A stretch of 64,000 bases of DNA, taken from positions 13,486,451 to 13,550,450 of the forward strand of contig NC_134035.1 in the NCBI RefSeq assembly GCF_964204645.1, written 5' to 3'. The position numbers and the translations under genes were made by a program. The number at the start of each line of letters is the position of its first letter. The stretch's first letter is position 1. The notes beneath the pieces were generated by a model, which was given only the letters and a program-made list of their open reading frames with translations, made no database searches and was not told the DNA's origin. Source of the stretch: Tubulanus polymorphus. Lineage: Eukaryota > Animalia > Nemertea. Positions 24,495-36,400 of this stretch are shown one piece after another.

Positions 24495-24760
24495 CGGAAC
24501 TGGATACAGAACTGTGGAACTGGATCAATAACTGTGGAACTGAGTCCACAGCGGTGGAACTGAGTCCAGAGCAGTGGAACCGAGTCCACAGCGGTGGAAC
24601 TGGATCAATAGCTGTGCAACCGAGTCCACAGCGGTGGAACTGAGTCCAGAGCAGTGGAACCGAGTCCACAGCGGTGGAACTGATCAATAACTGTGGAACT
24701 GAGTCCACAGCGGTGGAACTGAGTCCACAGCGGTGGAACTGAGTCCACAGCGGTGGAACT
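24495..24760. repeat. 20-bp minisatellite (GTGGAACTGAGTCCACAGCG)
   Basis: Tandem copies downstream of the calumenin stop codon. Confidence 0.85.
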
Positions 24761-25073
24761 GTCTATACATCTGTTGACTCGAGTTGAGTTAAAATCAGTT
24801 GAATGAGACAAATATCAACCGCAAACTCTATATTCGGATCGAGTGCTACAAAAATAACCTGAATTTTAAAAGTAGATTTAGTTGAGGACGAGTCATACCC
24901 AGCGTTGACATCATGAAATATTAATCTCGACTATAATACTCCTCTCAGGAACTACTATACTATACACACACGTATACGCGTTTAATCTCAAGATTAGTAA
25001 ATTAATCCCAGCAGTAAATAATCAGTCCGCCTGCTCACTCGTCGATCAATCGCTAACGACGACGCCGCATTGT

Positions 25074-28000
25074 TTAGAATTCGTCGTGACGACTCAACGC
25101 TTCCCCGAAATCGGTCGCTTGACTACCGACAAATACATCGTATTTATCGAGTATTTCATCTTTAGATAAAACTCCATCCTGAAATAAAACAACATTCAGT
25201 ATTAGTAATTATCAGTTATAACTAGAGCGATATGGCAGCACTCGGCCCCAGGACCCTACAGCAGCCCTCGGCCCAGACCCTACTGCAGCCCTCAGGCCAG
25301 AACCGACAGCAGCCCTCGGCCCAGACCCTACTGCAGCCCTCAGGCCAGATCTGACAGCAGCCCTCGGCCCAGACCCTACTGCAGCCCTCAGGTAAACTTA
25401 AACTTAAATCTAAACCTAAATCTGCCCCAACTGGTCAGACTAGACTCAGCAACTCCTCAGCCTGTACTATTCTACACCTTCAGCCTAGAGTACCTCCCTG
25501 CACTCCTACAGCCTGCACACTGAAGGAGTGCAGTGCAGGTTCCAGGCTGATTAGATCGATGATAGCTGTTTAATGTAACTGAACCACAGTAAGTATAAGT
25601 TCCTTGTTTAATCTGTATAGTCAGTTATTGGGTCGTACCTTATCGCTATCTGATTCGTAGATTAGATGTTTCGCCTCAGCCTCGGTGTGATCGTAATCAT
25701 CCGGTATAATCCATTCACGAATCTCGTCGCGATTTAATTTTCCATCTTTATCTTTGTCTCGATAATCTTTGAATTGTTCTCGTTCCTTTTTTACCCATTC
25801 GGGTTCTTCATCGGCCGCTTCATGATACATATCACCTACAATACAATTACAATACAATTACAATACATATCACCTACAATACAATTACAATACAATTACA
25901 ATACATATCACCTACAATACAATTACAATACATATCACCTACAATACAATACAATTACAATACATATCACCTACAATACAATTACAATACATATCACCTA
26001 CAATACAATACAATTACAATACATATCACCTACAATACAATACAATTACAATACATATCACCTACAATACAATTACAATACATATCACCTACAATACAAT
26101 ACAATTACAATACATATCACCTACAATACAATACAATTACAATACATATCACCTACAATACAATTACAATACAATTACAATACATATCACCTACAATACA
26201 ATTACAATACATATCACCTACAATACAATACAATTACAATACATATCACCTACAATACAATACAATTACAATACATATCACCTACAATACAATTACAATA
26301 CAATTACAATACATATCACCTACAATACAATTACAATACATATCACCTACAATACAATACAATTACAATACATATCACCTACAATACAACAATACAATTA
26401 CATTACACACCAGGGTATGATCTAAGGAATGAAAGCCACTTGCCCGGGGTAAGCATATCTGAAATTTCGCTTGCCTCTTCCAAAATCTACTTGCCCTACA
26501 CGGGCAGTCTGATTGGTGGCACTATCATCCGTTGTATCGATTGGGAAAAATGCTTTGTGATATAAAATTGCACTAGCCCGGAGGACGAGTGATAATGATA
26601 ACCTACTCGCCCTGATGAGAATATACTTGTCCCGGGCAATCGGACAAGTGTTTAGATCGCACCCTGACCAATACAACTACACAATCCAATACAACACAAC
26701 ACAATAAACCACCAGCACAAACAAACAATGAACATATTCCAGTTCAGGAGAATAGAAATTCCTGATTAGAATTTATCAAACAACTTCTCAAATACCCCGA
26801 ATAGAGAACATATTCCGGTCAAACAGAAGCGCCAGATGAGTATTTTGGAATCAGTAGAGACCGATTAAAAAGCTACCAAACTCTCATCTGGTAGATTCTA
26901 TCAAGTTTCAAGATTTGAGTTATTCCGGATTAGGTAGAGCGTATTCTGGTCAAACAGAAGCGCCAGAAGAGAATTCTGGAATCGGTAGAGACCGATCAAA
27001 ACCTATCAAACTCACTACCGATCGCTTCTATCAGATTTACAAATTATACTATTCAGTAATCGGTAAAGACCAATCAGAAACCTGTCCTAATATAAGCGGC
27101 GTTCTCACTCACCAATGTATTCGTCTACATCAATGAATCCATCTTTATTTTTATCGATATCGTCCATCGTTTCCTGCGAATAATAAGAAACATCGATTAA
27201 TTTGCGGTTTAATTAGAAATATTTCACATTGAAAGAATCCGGGATACTGTTCAAAATGATCGTTCTGAATCGTTTTAAACATATTCAATTTAGTCTTTAT
27301 TTCCAGACGAGTGAAACTTACATCGACGACTATTTCTTTCATATGTTTTACTTCTTCCGGATGAAGAAAATGTGTGAATTCCTCTTTCGATAAGGAACCG
27401 TCTTGATCCTGATCGGCAACTTTCCAACGTTTCTCATCGCGAATCTGCATCTGATTATAATGTTCCTTATCATCTTTATCCTCTTCATCACCATCTACAA
27501 AATACAAGTATCATCATCATCATCCATTGTCAGAACAGTGGAACTGAGTACAGAATTGTGGCACTGAGTTCAGAGCTGTGGAACTGAATCCTGAACTGTG
27601 GAACTTGGTCCAGAACTGTCAAACTGAGTTCAGACGTGTGAATCAGAGTTCAAAACTGTAGATCTGGCTTCAGAACTGTGGAACTGGATCCTGTACTGTG
27701 GAACTGGGTTCAGAACTATGAAACTGGGTTCAGAACTGTGGAACTGGGTTCAGAATTGTGGAACTGGGTTCAGAACTGTGGCGCTGGGTACCGAACTGTG
27801 GAACTGGATCCTGAACTGTAGAACTGAGTCCAGAACTGTAGAACTGAGTCCAGAACTGTGGAACTGAGTCCAGAACTGTGGAGCTGGGTTCAGAACTGTG
27901 GCGCTGGGTACCGAACTGTGGAACTGAGTCCAGAACTGTGGCGCTGGGTACCGAACTGTGGAGCTGGGTTCAGAACTGTGGAACTGAGTCCAGAACTGTG

Positions 28001-29720
28001 GCGCTGGGTACAGAACTGTGGAACTGAGTCCAGAACCGTGGAGCTGGGTTCAGAACTGTGGAGCTGGGTTCAGAACTGTGGAGCTGGGTTCAGAACTGTG
28101 GCGCTGGGTACCGAACTGTGGAAGTGGATACAGAACTGTGGGGCTGAATAAGAAATGAGCTGATTAGTTGTTTTTACCTTCTAAAAACCCGTAAGTTTTC
28201 TCTTTATAATCGTCCCACTTCAGTTTTGCATCAGTTGTATCGAACTCGCTCCACTGACGATTTGTATCTTGTAATAAATATCGGTTTTGCACGTATTGTA
28301 TCCACGACTGTAGTTCTGATTCCGTCACTTTCCCGTCGTGGTCTTTGTCAATTTTCTCGACGATTTTCCTGAAATGAGAAGAGGTTTGATTTTGACAAAG
28401 GCTTCTGGATCATCATTACTATATCGATGATTTTGGATATCATTGGAATTACAAATTGGCATTCAAATTCAAAGCTGACTTCAGTAACCTGATGAGATTA
28501 GCAAGTTTGACAGCAGCACTGCGAGACTTGTGGGAAAAATACGCAATGATTTCGATAATATTTATTATAATTTACCCGAGTCGATCGCGACTTTCTTCCG
28601 GTGACAATTGATCGAACGTTTTTGATTCGTCAGCTCCTAGAAACGCCTCGTGATCGTAATCGGAATTATGTTCTCCTTTATCGTCGTAATGTTTCTCATC
28701 TGATAACTCCTACAAACAAAACATAACATGTGCTGAACAAAAATTTATCTTTTAGCAAGAGCAGTCGAGTCAGTGATAACCTGGTGTTGAATGGGATACC
28801 GGCAAGGCTATTGAGGAAAGCTAGGATTGGCGATAATCCACCAGGATCACTAGTGGCACTGGGTTACCGCACTTCAATTTATTTCAATAAACTTCGAGTC
28901 AACTTTTCTGATGAAGTAAATCAATTTTCAGTGAAATCAATACCATCCACTGAGTGAGAAAGGAAATCTTATATCTATCCGATGAGTCGTTTGATAATTT
29001 TCTCATTTGAAAGCCTTAAAGTTAAGAACTGATTTTCATTACGAATAACCCGATGTTTTGTGGCGCCATCTGGTGTTGCCGGTATTCCATTGGTAAGCGT
29101 TGAGACAAATGCCAGGAAGAAGTTCCGAATTTTTGCAACTATTGTTAAGTAGCTTCATCGGGTAAATGAGTAAATCAGGTTTAAATCAATTATCACCTCA
29201 TTTTATCTGATGCACCTTCTACGCTGAAGTAGCAAAAGTTCATACTCTAAATATATCTAATCAGTACTTTCTGTCTTAATGTTTTACTGAAGATTTCCAA
29301 CCAGGGTTGGTTCACAGTTGCCACGTCACAGTTTTAATCAGGGGCCACTTTTATCCCACTTGCTTTTCCCTGACAATTCAGTTGTTTTCCCTGAATTGAT
29401 CTGCTAAGAATGCAATCAATTAACACAGTCGAATACGTAAGACATAAACTCTCAGATCTAACAATCTCAACAAATCTCCCTGACTTTTCACTGATTTTTA
29501 GTTTTTTTAAGGATTAAAAAAAAATTTCCTAACTTTTCCTGGATTTCCAGGTAAGCGGCTGCACCCTGATTATTTATAGACTTCAATTAGGCCCTACCTT
29601 TTCGTAAGTTCTGTCTTTAGCGCCATCTTTCCGCGGTATAGCCGATGACAGCGTACTGCTCACTAGCGCTATCACTAATAGAGTACCGCATAATTTCATA
29701 CCGGTCGCTTTTGACATCAT
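25074..29720 (-). CDS. CALU: Calumenin (CREC-family multi-EF-hand ER protein), 327 aa, 7 coding exons
   Basis: Exons 29720-29598 (signal peptide), 28709-28576 (DYDHEAFLG...FDQLSPEES), 28368-28178 (DKDHDG), 27494-27322 (DQDQDG, FLHPEE), 27173-27113 (DKNKDG), 25835-25639 ([17 protein letters not shown]), 25178-25074 ([19 protein letters not shown]). The C-terminal HDEF is typical of calumenin. Confidence 0.92.
25240..25392. repeat. About 22-bp tandem repeat (CAGCCCTCGGCCCAGACCCTACTG-like)
   Basis: About 7 alternating units in the last calumenin intron. Confidence 0.75.
25826..26400. repeat. VNTR containing 18 copies of the calumenin splice acceptor
   Basis: ATACATATCACCTACAATACAATTACA units of 27/32/38 bp; the minus strand reads TTGTAG|GTGATATGTAT. 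Confidence 0.92.
27533..28148. repeat. 20-bp minisatellite (AGAACTGTGGAACTGGGTTC)
   Basis: About 30 units filling a calumenin intron. Confidence 0.9.
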
Positions 29721-32700
29721 TTTCACAAATAGACTTTAAAAATTGTCTGAGGAAAAACTACACGCCCTGAAAATATACAATTTACATTCAGTCACCAGAA
29801 CTCCAAGAATCGCAAGAAGATGGATTGATAAACCCCGGTATCACTCCTCTTTCAGAATTATCACTTTGCACCAATTTTGACTAATTTTTTCATAGGCGTA
29901 CACAATTAATTGAGTGAATTAAGAGAAATTTCTAGGTTTAAAATGTAGGCCTAACATTAACAATTCATTCATTTTTCATGAATCATGTAGGCCTATAGAT
30001 AAAGCAAGACCTGGTCACATAAGAATTCCCTGATTGTTCCAGGATTTTGTTAAACTTCATCAAATTCCCCAAATTTTCCTGACTTTTTCTGATTCCCCAC
30101 CAGAGTTTTCCATGTTAGTAGAGGACCCTGCTTACAGAACAATAAGTTTTTTTTTTATTACACAGTCAATAGGAATCACCTCCAGTGACAAATAGGCCTA
30201 TTATAGTCAGCCAACCGACACCAGAAGAGGGATTTCTAGCGCCCTCTATTTCCGCTCCGGTTATTTATTGCTCTCCCCAGTCCCGTCCAGTGTTGTTGGA
30301 ACTGCAGCAATAAGTCCTGGCCATAACGTTTTTTGAATGATGTCATTGTTTTTCTTTGAATATCATATTTTTGACGAAAATGAACTAAATTTGCTGCAGC
30401 AACACAATCAAATTAGAACCTGTCAAAAATCGACAACTGGCCGCGGCAATCTAAAATTGCTTGCAACAACATACCCAGTACCGATGGGTATGCCACGTTC
30501 ATGCAGCAACAGATACAGGGATATTGGTGGTACCCTGATCATTTATTGGTTCCATTGGTAAAAGTGCAGATCCGCACCTCTCCGCATAAACGGTTCAATC
30601 AACTACATGAAATATCATTGTTTCAGATTCAAAATGTCATCAGCAATTCAGTACATTGCCATTGGCTAATTTTAAGATATCTTCACTAGAGAGTAGAAAG
30701 ATTTTTAACCTGGATTCTGTCATTCAGCAGATTGCGTCAACCACGAGAGGTGCGGATCTGCACTTTTACCGTCCCATTGATTAAATAATGACAAGTTCAT
30801 GAGCAAAAAACTGCAACAACAATCGATTGAGAATAAACCTTATTTAAATTTAACTTGATTCTGTAACCGGTATGACGACAGCTTGTTTTTATCTGTCAAA
30901 ACCACAGCAACAGCTGTCAAACTGTCAGTGACAGTGTCTGTTTACCTGATTAAAATCCTATATTTGGTCACAGCTGCCGTCTCTCGTCGACTCTGGACTC
31001 AGATCAATTCTACCTCCAGCAAATCTATCGATCGGTACGACGCGTTCACACTCACTGCGAGAAGAATCGATGTCTGCATCAACCAGTATCCCTCTCAGCA
31101 TCCAATAACTGACACGTAAACAACACACGTGGCATTACCTGATAACCAATCAAATCACAGCTACGTGGCACTGAGTTGGCACTACCTTCCGCTGGACCCT
31201 TTGAACTTGAACTTGACCCGTTCGGCAATTTCCGGACACGTCAACTTCGGTAATTTCCGGACACGTCCGCAAAATGCAACAGTATACGGAGACGTCATGT
31301 GTCCGCTAGTACCCAGTCCGTGATACCCAGGGCCAAATTCGGTTTTCGTATCTAGTCGACCAGTGGTCGGAACTAATCACCGAATGCGCTTGATTTTCGA
31401 ACTATTTCCGGAATATAGTTCCGACTATCGGACATTCGGTTACGTTTAGTTAATTCGACTATAGTTGACTAACTCAGAAAACCGAAGGACAAGGTGGCCC
31501 TGTGACTGTGTGTCTCTCGTACCCACTCAAATTCTAATAAAGACTTTATTGAACATTTTATTGCTATCGATTTCGGCGATTAATATTCATACGATTTCTA
31601 TTTCTATTCTATATATATGGGTTCGGTACCCAGTTATAGAATAACCATGTTTTTCGCGACTGATGCCTCTAATAGATCTGGGGTATACTATGACGCAGTA
31701 CTTGAATCCCGGCCAACATCAACCAAAATTGTTGCTTGTTTGATTTTACATTCTTCGGGAAACCCCGGAATCCCGTAACACTAAATCACACAACATGGAA
31801 TTACAATGAATAAATCATGGACATTGGACTCGGGAACTTGAGTCTCGCATCGCCGGCTCGTTTCACTGAGTCGCGCCGGTCCTTGGACGGTATAAGAGGT
31901 GGCTGCCGTCCAGGACAGGCTTAGCCCATAGTCAAAACAATTTAAAACAAATTATTCATTTTTCATTTATTTTAGAAACAATTTGTATGTTGTAAAATAA
32001 GAGTGAGTTTCAGAAAAAGGCAAGGCTTGTCGGTGACTGACGAAAAAGGAATGTTAGAATAAATGTAGTAGTTGGTTAATAAAGAACTAAGTTAAAAATA
32101 AAACTACGATAAATATTTGGAATATGGAAATACAACACACTCAATATGCTACATGAATATGACAGTTTGGACTGGATTTCCTAAAGAGGATTATAAATTA
32201 ATAAGTAAATAATGGCGTTTCATCCTCGATTTGAAAATATTCAAACTTTAACTGTATTTTATAGTGTGACTAATTTGATTCCAAAGTTTAGGACCTCCTC
32301 TTCAAGCTCAAGTGTAGCCTGTTCATCGAAATTCGTATTATGGTCTCATTCAATAGATAACTAAACCCATATATGCCAGAACAAAAAGTTTAGGACCGTT
32401 TAAGATTTTATTACGTTAGTATTTCTATTAACGACAAAATGGCGATTAGTCCTCGATGATGATGCATTGACCTCAAAAAGATCAGCGAACGTGCAAGGTA
32501 GAAGGTTAAGTGAATGACAATGATACATCTACCCGAGACGAATTATCAAAGAGCCAATGGGCAGGAAGGAGATGAATTCACCGAAGGTCCTATGTTATTC
32601 TCATAAGCCTGTTTTATGATTAGAAAAACGACGAATAACTACAATCAAAGTTTACACAGTTTACAATTTACCGACACAACTACAGTCGGAATGTCGGAAT

Positions 32701-33099
32701 TTAAAAGCTAATTTCCAATAAGATCACACTGTGCATATTTTTCATCTCCAATGTATTACGTTTTGTCATCACTCAAGTTAAGCGTTGAACAAAAAATCGC
32801 TCCTGTCAAATTAGAAAATCCCTGTCCAATACAACGCTCAGTTTAAGGGCCAGCTGTATCAGTCGTCCATAAGTAATCTTACATTTTAAGACTATATAGT
32901 CTTAGTCAGTTAACCACATATAACGTTGGTAAATTGGCCACATAACTAAGTTGGTTTTAGACTAGTGTTTAATGACTGTGCAACTGGCACATGGGCATCG
33001 GCGCTTTCCTACGTGGAGGCACCCCTAATAAGAAATAGTATCGCGAACCATTACAGGATTCGAATCTAATGGCATTTTGGTGGCGACAATCCCATTCAT

Positions 33100-33226
33100 T
33101 ACTTCCCGGCGGGAATATCATTACTAGTCATTGGTCAGTCTTGTGCAATATGACGTCACGCCGGTGTCGGTATATAAGGCCCGGTCACGGGGTCACTCTT
33201 TCCAGTTCGGCCATTTTCAGGTAAGT
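33100..33226 (+). promoter_or_regulatory. Compact Pol II core promoter and first non-coding exon
   Basis: GGCGGGAA (E2F-like), ATTGG 33130, TTGTGCAAT 33141 (C/EBP-like), TGACGTCA 33151 (CRE), TATATAAG 33171, CCAGTT Inr about 30 nt downstream, GCCATTTT (YY1-like), CAG|GTAAGT donor at 33221; intron ends at the 33311 acceptor. Confidence 0.65.
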
Positions 33227-33436
33227 TATGCTACGTCCATTTGATTTTTTTTTGTTGATGAAATGTTTCTTGAATATCTTGGTATTAATGATTCTTTTAT
33301 TAATATTGCAGTAGCATCCATTACGCAACAGCAGCAGATATCAGTATCATCAACAGCAGCACCAGAAATCAAAATAACGACGACCAACAACACACATACA
33401 GCAGCAGAAGAAGAAGATTAAGATAGAATTAGAAAA

Positions 33437-36400
33437 ATGTCGTACACATTTGTTCTTGAAATCTTGAAGGCGGTACAGGTCGAGGCGGTGAAGAACAGCG
33501 GGTCCCTCGACCTGTTTTGTATCATCAGTAAGTTTTTATTCATTACCTTATCTCAGTTATTAAGCCTCAACTATCTCAATTACTTATCTCGGTTACCTCA
33601 AATATCCAATACACAACAATCTAGCACAAATCTCTGAAATTTCATTAAAAGATTTCTCGAATCCGAAATCTTAATAAACTAGAGTATCTAAACTGCTAAA
33701 TACTTACCCAATTCTATTCAGGTAATATCTTTATTCATTTGAATACACCAGTTACTTGAAAGTTCAATTATTTCAATACTTAATCTCAAAAACTAATCAC
33801 AAAAATATCGAGTTTTCAATACCTCAAATGTATAATTTTACTGATCTTAAATATTTCAATCATTTGATTCAAGGTCAAATCTCAGTTCAATACCAAAATA
33901 TCATTGATTTTTTCTTAAATCAGTTATTTGTATTCTCAATTATATCATTTGATAATAGTTTAATATTCTTTTTATTAAATAACAACTCAATTATTCTTCA
34001 TTGAAAAGTAAAATTTCATTTGATTCTGTAAATTCGTTCAAGCATCTACAAAATTGAATAAGGAAAGGAAATTATTTCTATTTCTGCATTAAAACAATCT
34101 AAGTTACAAATTAACCGCAGTAATGACAAATATATCTATCTACCCTTGATGTCTCATAGAATTTCCATTCCTTTGCTTCATTCGAGACTCGAAACAAATA
34201 TTCATGGTACAAAATTGAATTGAATTTAATACAACTTGACTGACTCTGATGGATGGGATTTAATAAAATTATGTAGAAACCTATTTCCGGGTTCAAATTT
34301 GACGTTTGTAAAGAATCCCATCACTCCAAGCATGTATCATTGATGCTCTTTAATTCTTTTTAGAAAGCTGCAAATAAACAGTTTGAAACTGTTTAATAGA
34401 TAATAGGCCTCGGTCATCATTGATATCATTATCATATGTCTTTTTAGCAGGGTGGTGCGGTGGCCAGTCCTTCGTCCAAAACTAAGACCACCCAAGCCTT
34501 TAAGCACAGGCCACATACAAGTTCCAAATAAATAACTATAAAAAGGCCTTTTATGTGAAGTTTGAATTTGCATTGCGAGTTAGGCTATTGAAATTTTTAC
34601 TGATTCATTTTTTATCCGATCAGCAAGACTATATTTTAAAATTTAGTTAATTACACTGCGTGCGGATCATCGGATAGGCCAACATCAGATAGGCCTAGGC
34701 GTACTAACGATGTTTCCGTAAAAAATGAAAAGGCAGCAGTGCATAATTGATAATATTCGTTGAAGTTAGAAAAGGTTTCTATTTTGTTGTAAAAATTATT
34801 TGCAATTAGGCCTAAAAGCTACGGTAGGTACCGGACCCAAATATTTATCCATCTCTAAATAAAGCCTAGCAACCCCGGCCTAGTGTTTTTCCAGCCTGGG
34901 CGTAGCGTTTTTCCAGCCCAGCCCTCGTAACATAACAACTTAAAACTTCAACAGAAATGATATGAATGCAGTTTTTTGCGGGGAAGTAGGTGTCGCTATA
35001 TTTACAGTGATTTATTCCACCGATTGATTCAACATTCGAGGGGTAAGTAGTGACTGTTTTGAAATATCTAATGAATATCGGTATACGTGAAATAGGCCTA
35101 GATTCCTATTATTATTCTTTATTCACTGTTTAATGACATTTTGTTTAATGAGTGAATGATAATATATTTGATGTTTTGTAGTAAATGGATTTGATTGATT
35201 TATATGAAGTCACTGGTTGCGGGAGGAAGTTTGAATAATTGCGTTATGTACAATAACAATTTACTCAACGTAAGTTTAACCGATCTCTCATTTATTCATT
35301 ATTTACTGATATATATATGTTTGGTTTTTTTATGACGACTGTTTTTATAAAAATGTGTTTATTATATTTAGAATGAATTTGTTTGAAGCCGGTTGTGAAT
35401 TTGTTTTACAATCTTCAGTGATACCAATGCATCAAGCCAATACCAGTGATACCAGTGCATCATCCCAGTACCAGCGATACCAGTGCATCATCCCAGTACC
35501 AGCGATACCAGCGCATCATCCCAGTACCAGTGCATCATCCCAGTACCAGCGAAACCAGTGCTTCGTCCCAGTACCAGCGATACCAGTGCATCAAACCAGT
35601 ACCAGTGATACCAGTGCATCAAACCAGTCTGGTTATTCTACAAACTGCTGATTGTTGATTTTTCAGTTTCTATTGGTTTTGGTTTCTGTGAAGGAAATAC
35701 TGATGATATTTTAATGTAATTCTTTGCTTCGTTTTTTTGTTTGAAATGAAAATTAAGTAACTTTTGAAGTATTTGTACTTTGAATACAATTTACGTTGTA
35801 AACATTTTAAATTAAATGGCACATTGAGAAATCTGAATCGTCAGAATTCTTTTTTGGTTGAAATTCAATATTCAGTAAGATTACTAACTGGCAGCCTTTG
35901 TTGTTTCTCCGTCAAATTAAGTACATTTTGCATATTTGTTCTTGTCATCTTGAATTTTGGTTACCCTTGATCTCATCATCACAAAAACATGTTTTGATCA
36001 GAAACAAAATGGCTTTCTTGTGGGTTTTTATACCACAAATATCATTGTTAGGCCTGATGTTCGCCGTATTACATTGAAATTTGAAATGGTATATTTGAGG
36101 AAAGGATACTTGATGAAACCCGTTTTTCGATTAGCCAATACTACACAATTAGCGGCCATCTTAGTCTCATCAAATCTCGTTCATTGGAAAATGGTTTTAT
36201 TGATGAAAATATCGACTAGTTTCATAAACCTTAACAGGTTTCTTCATGCGTCCCTCTATCTTGAATTGTTTTTGTATTACTATTGTACATTTCTTATACA
36301 TGTAATTCAAAATGGTAAATGAATTATCATGTAATGATATTATTTGGTTCAACTCCAGAATAGGTCAATATAGTTCCATCGTGGAGGATTTTCTTTAATG

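Noticed and set aside
25774-26565. 263-aa ORF (YNYNTYHLQ repeats)
   Set aside because: Antisense translation of the intronic VNTR.
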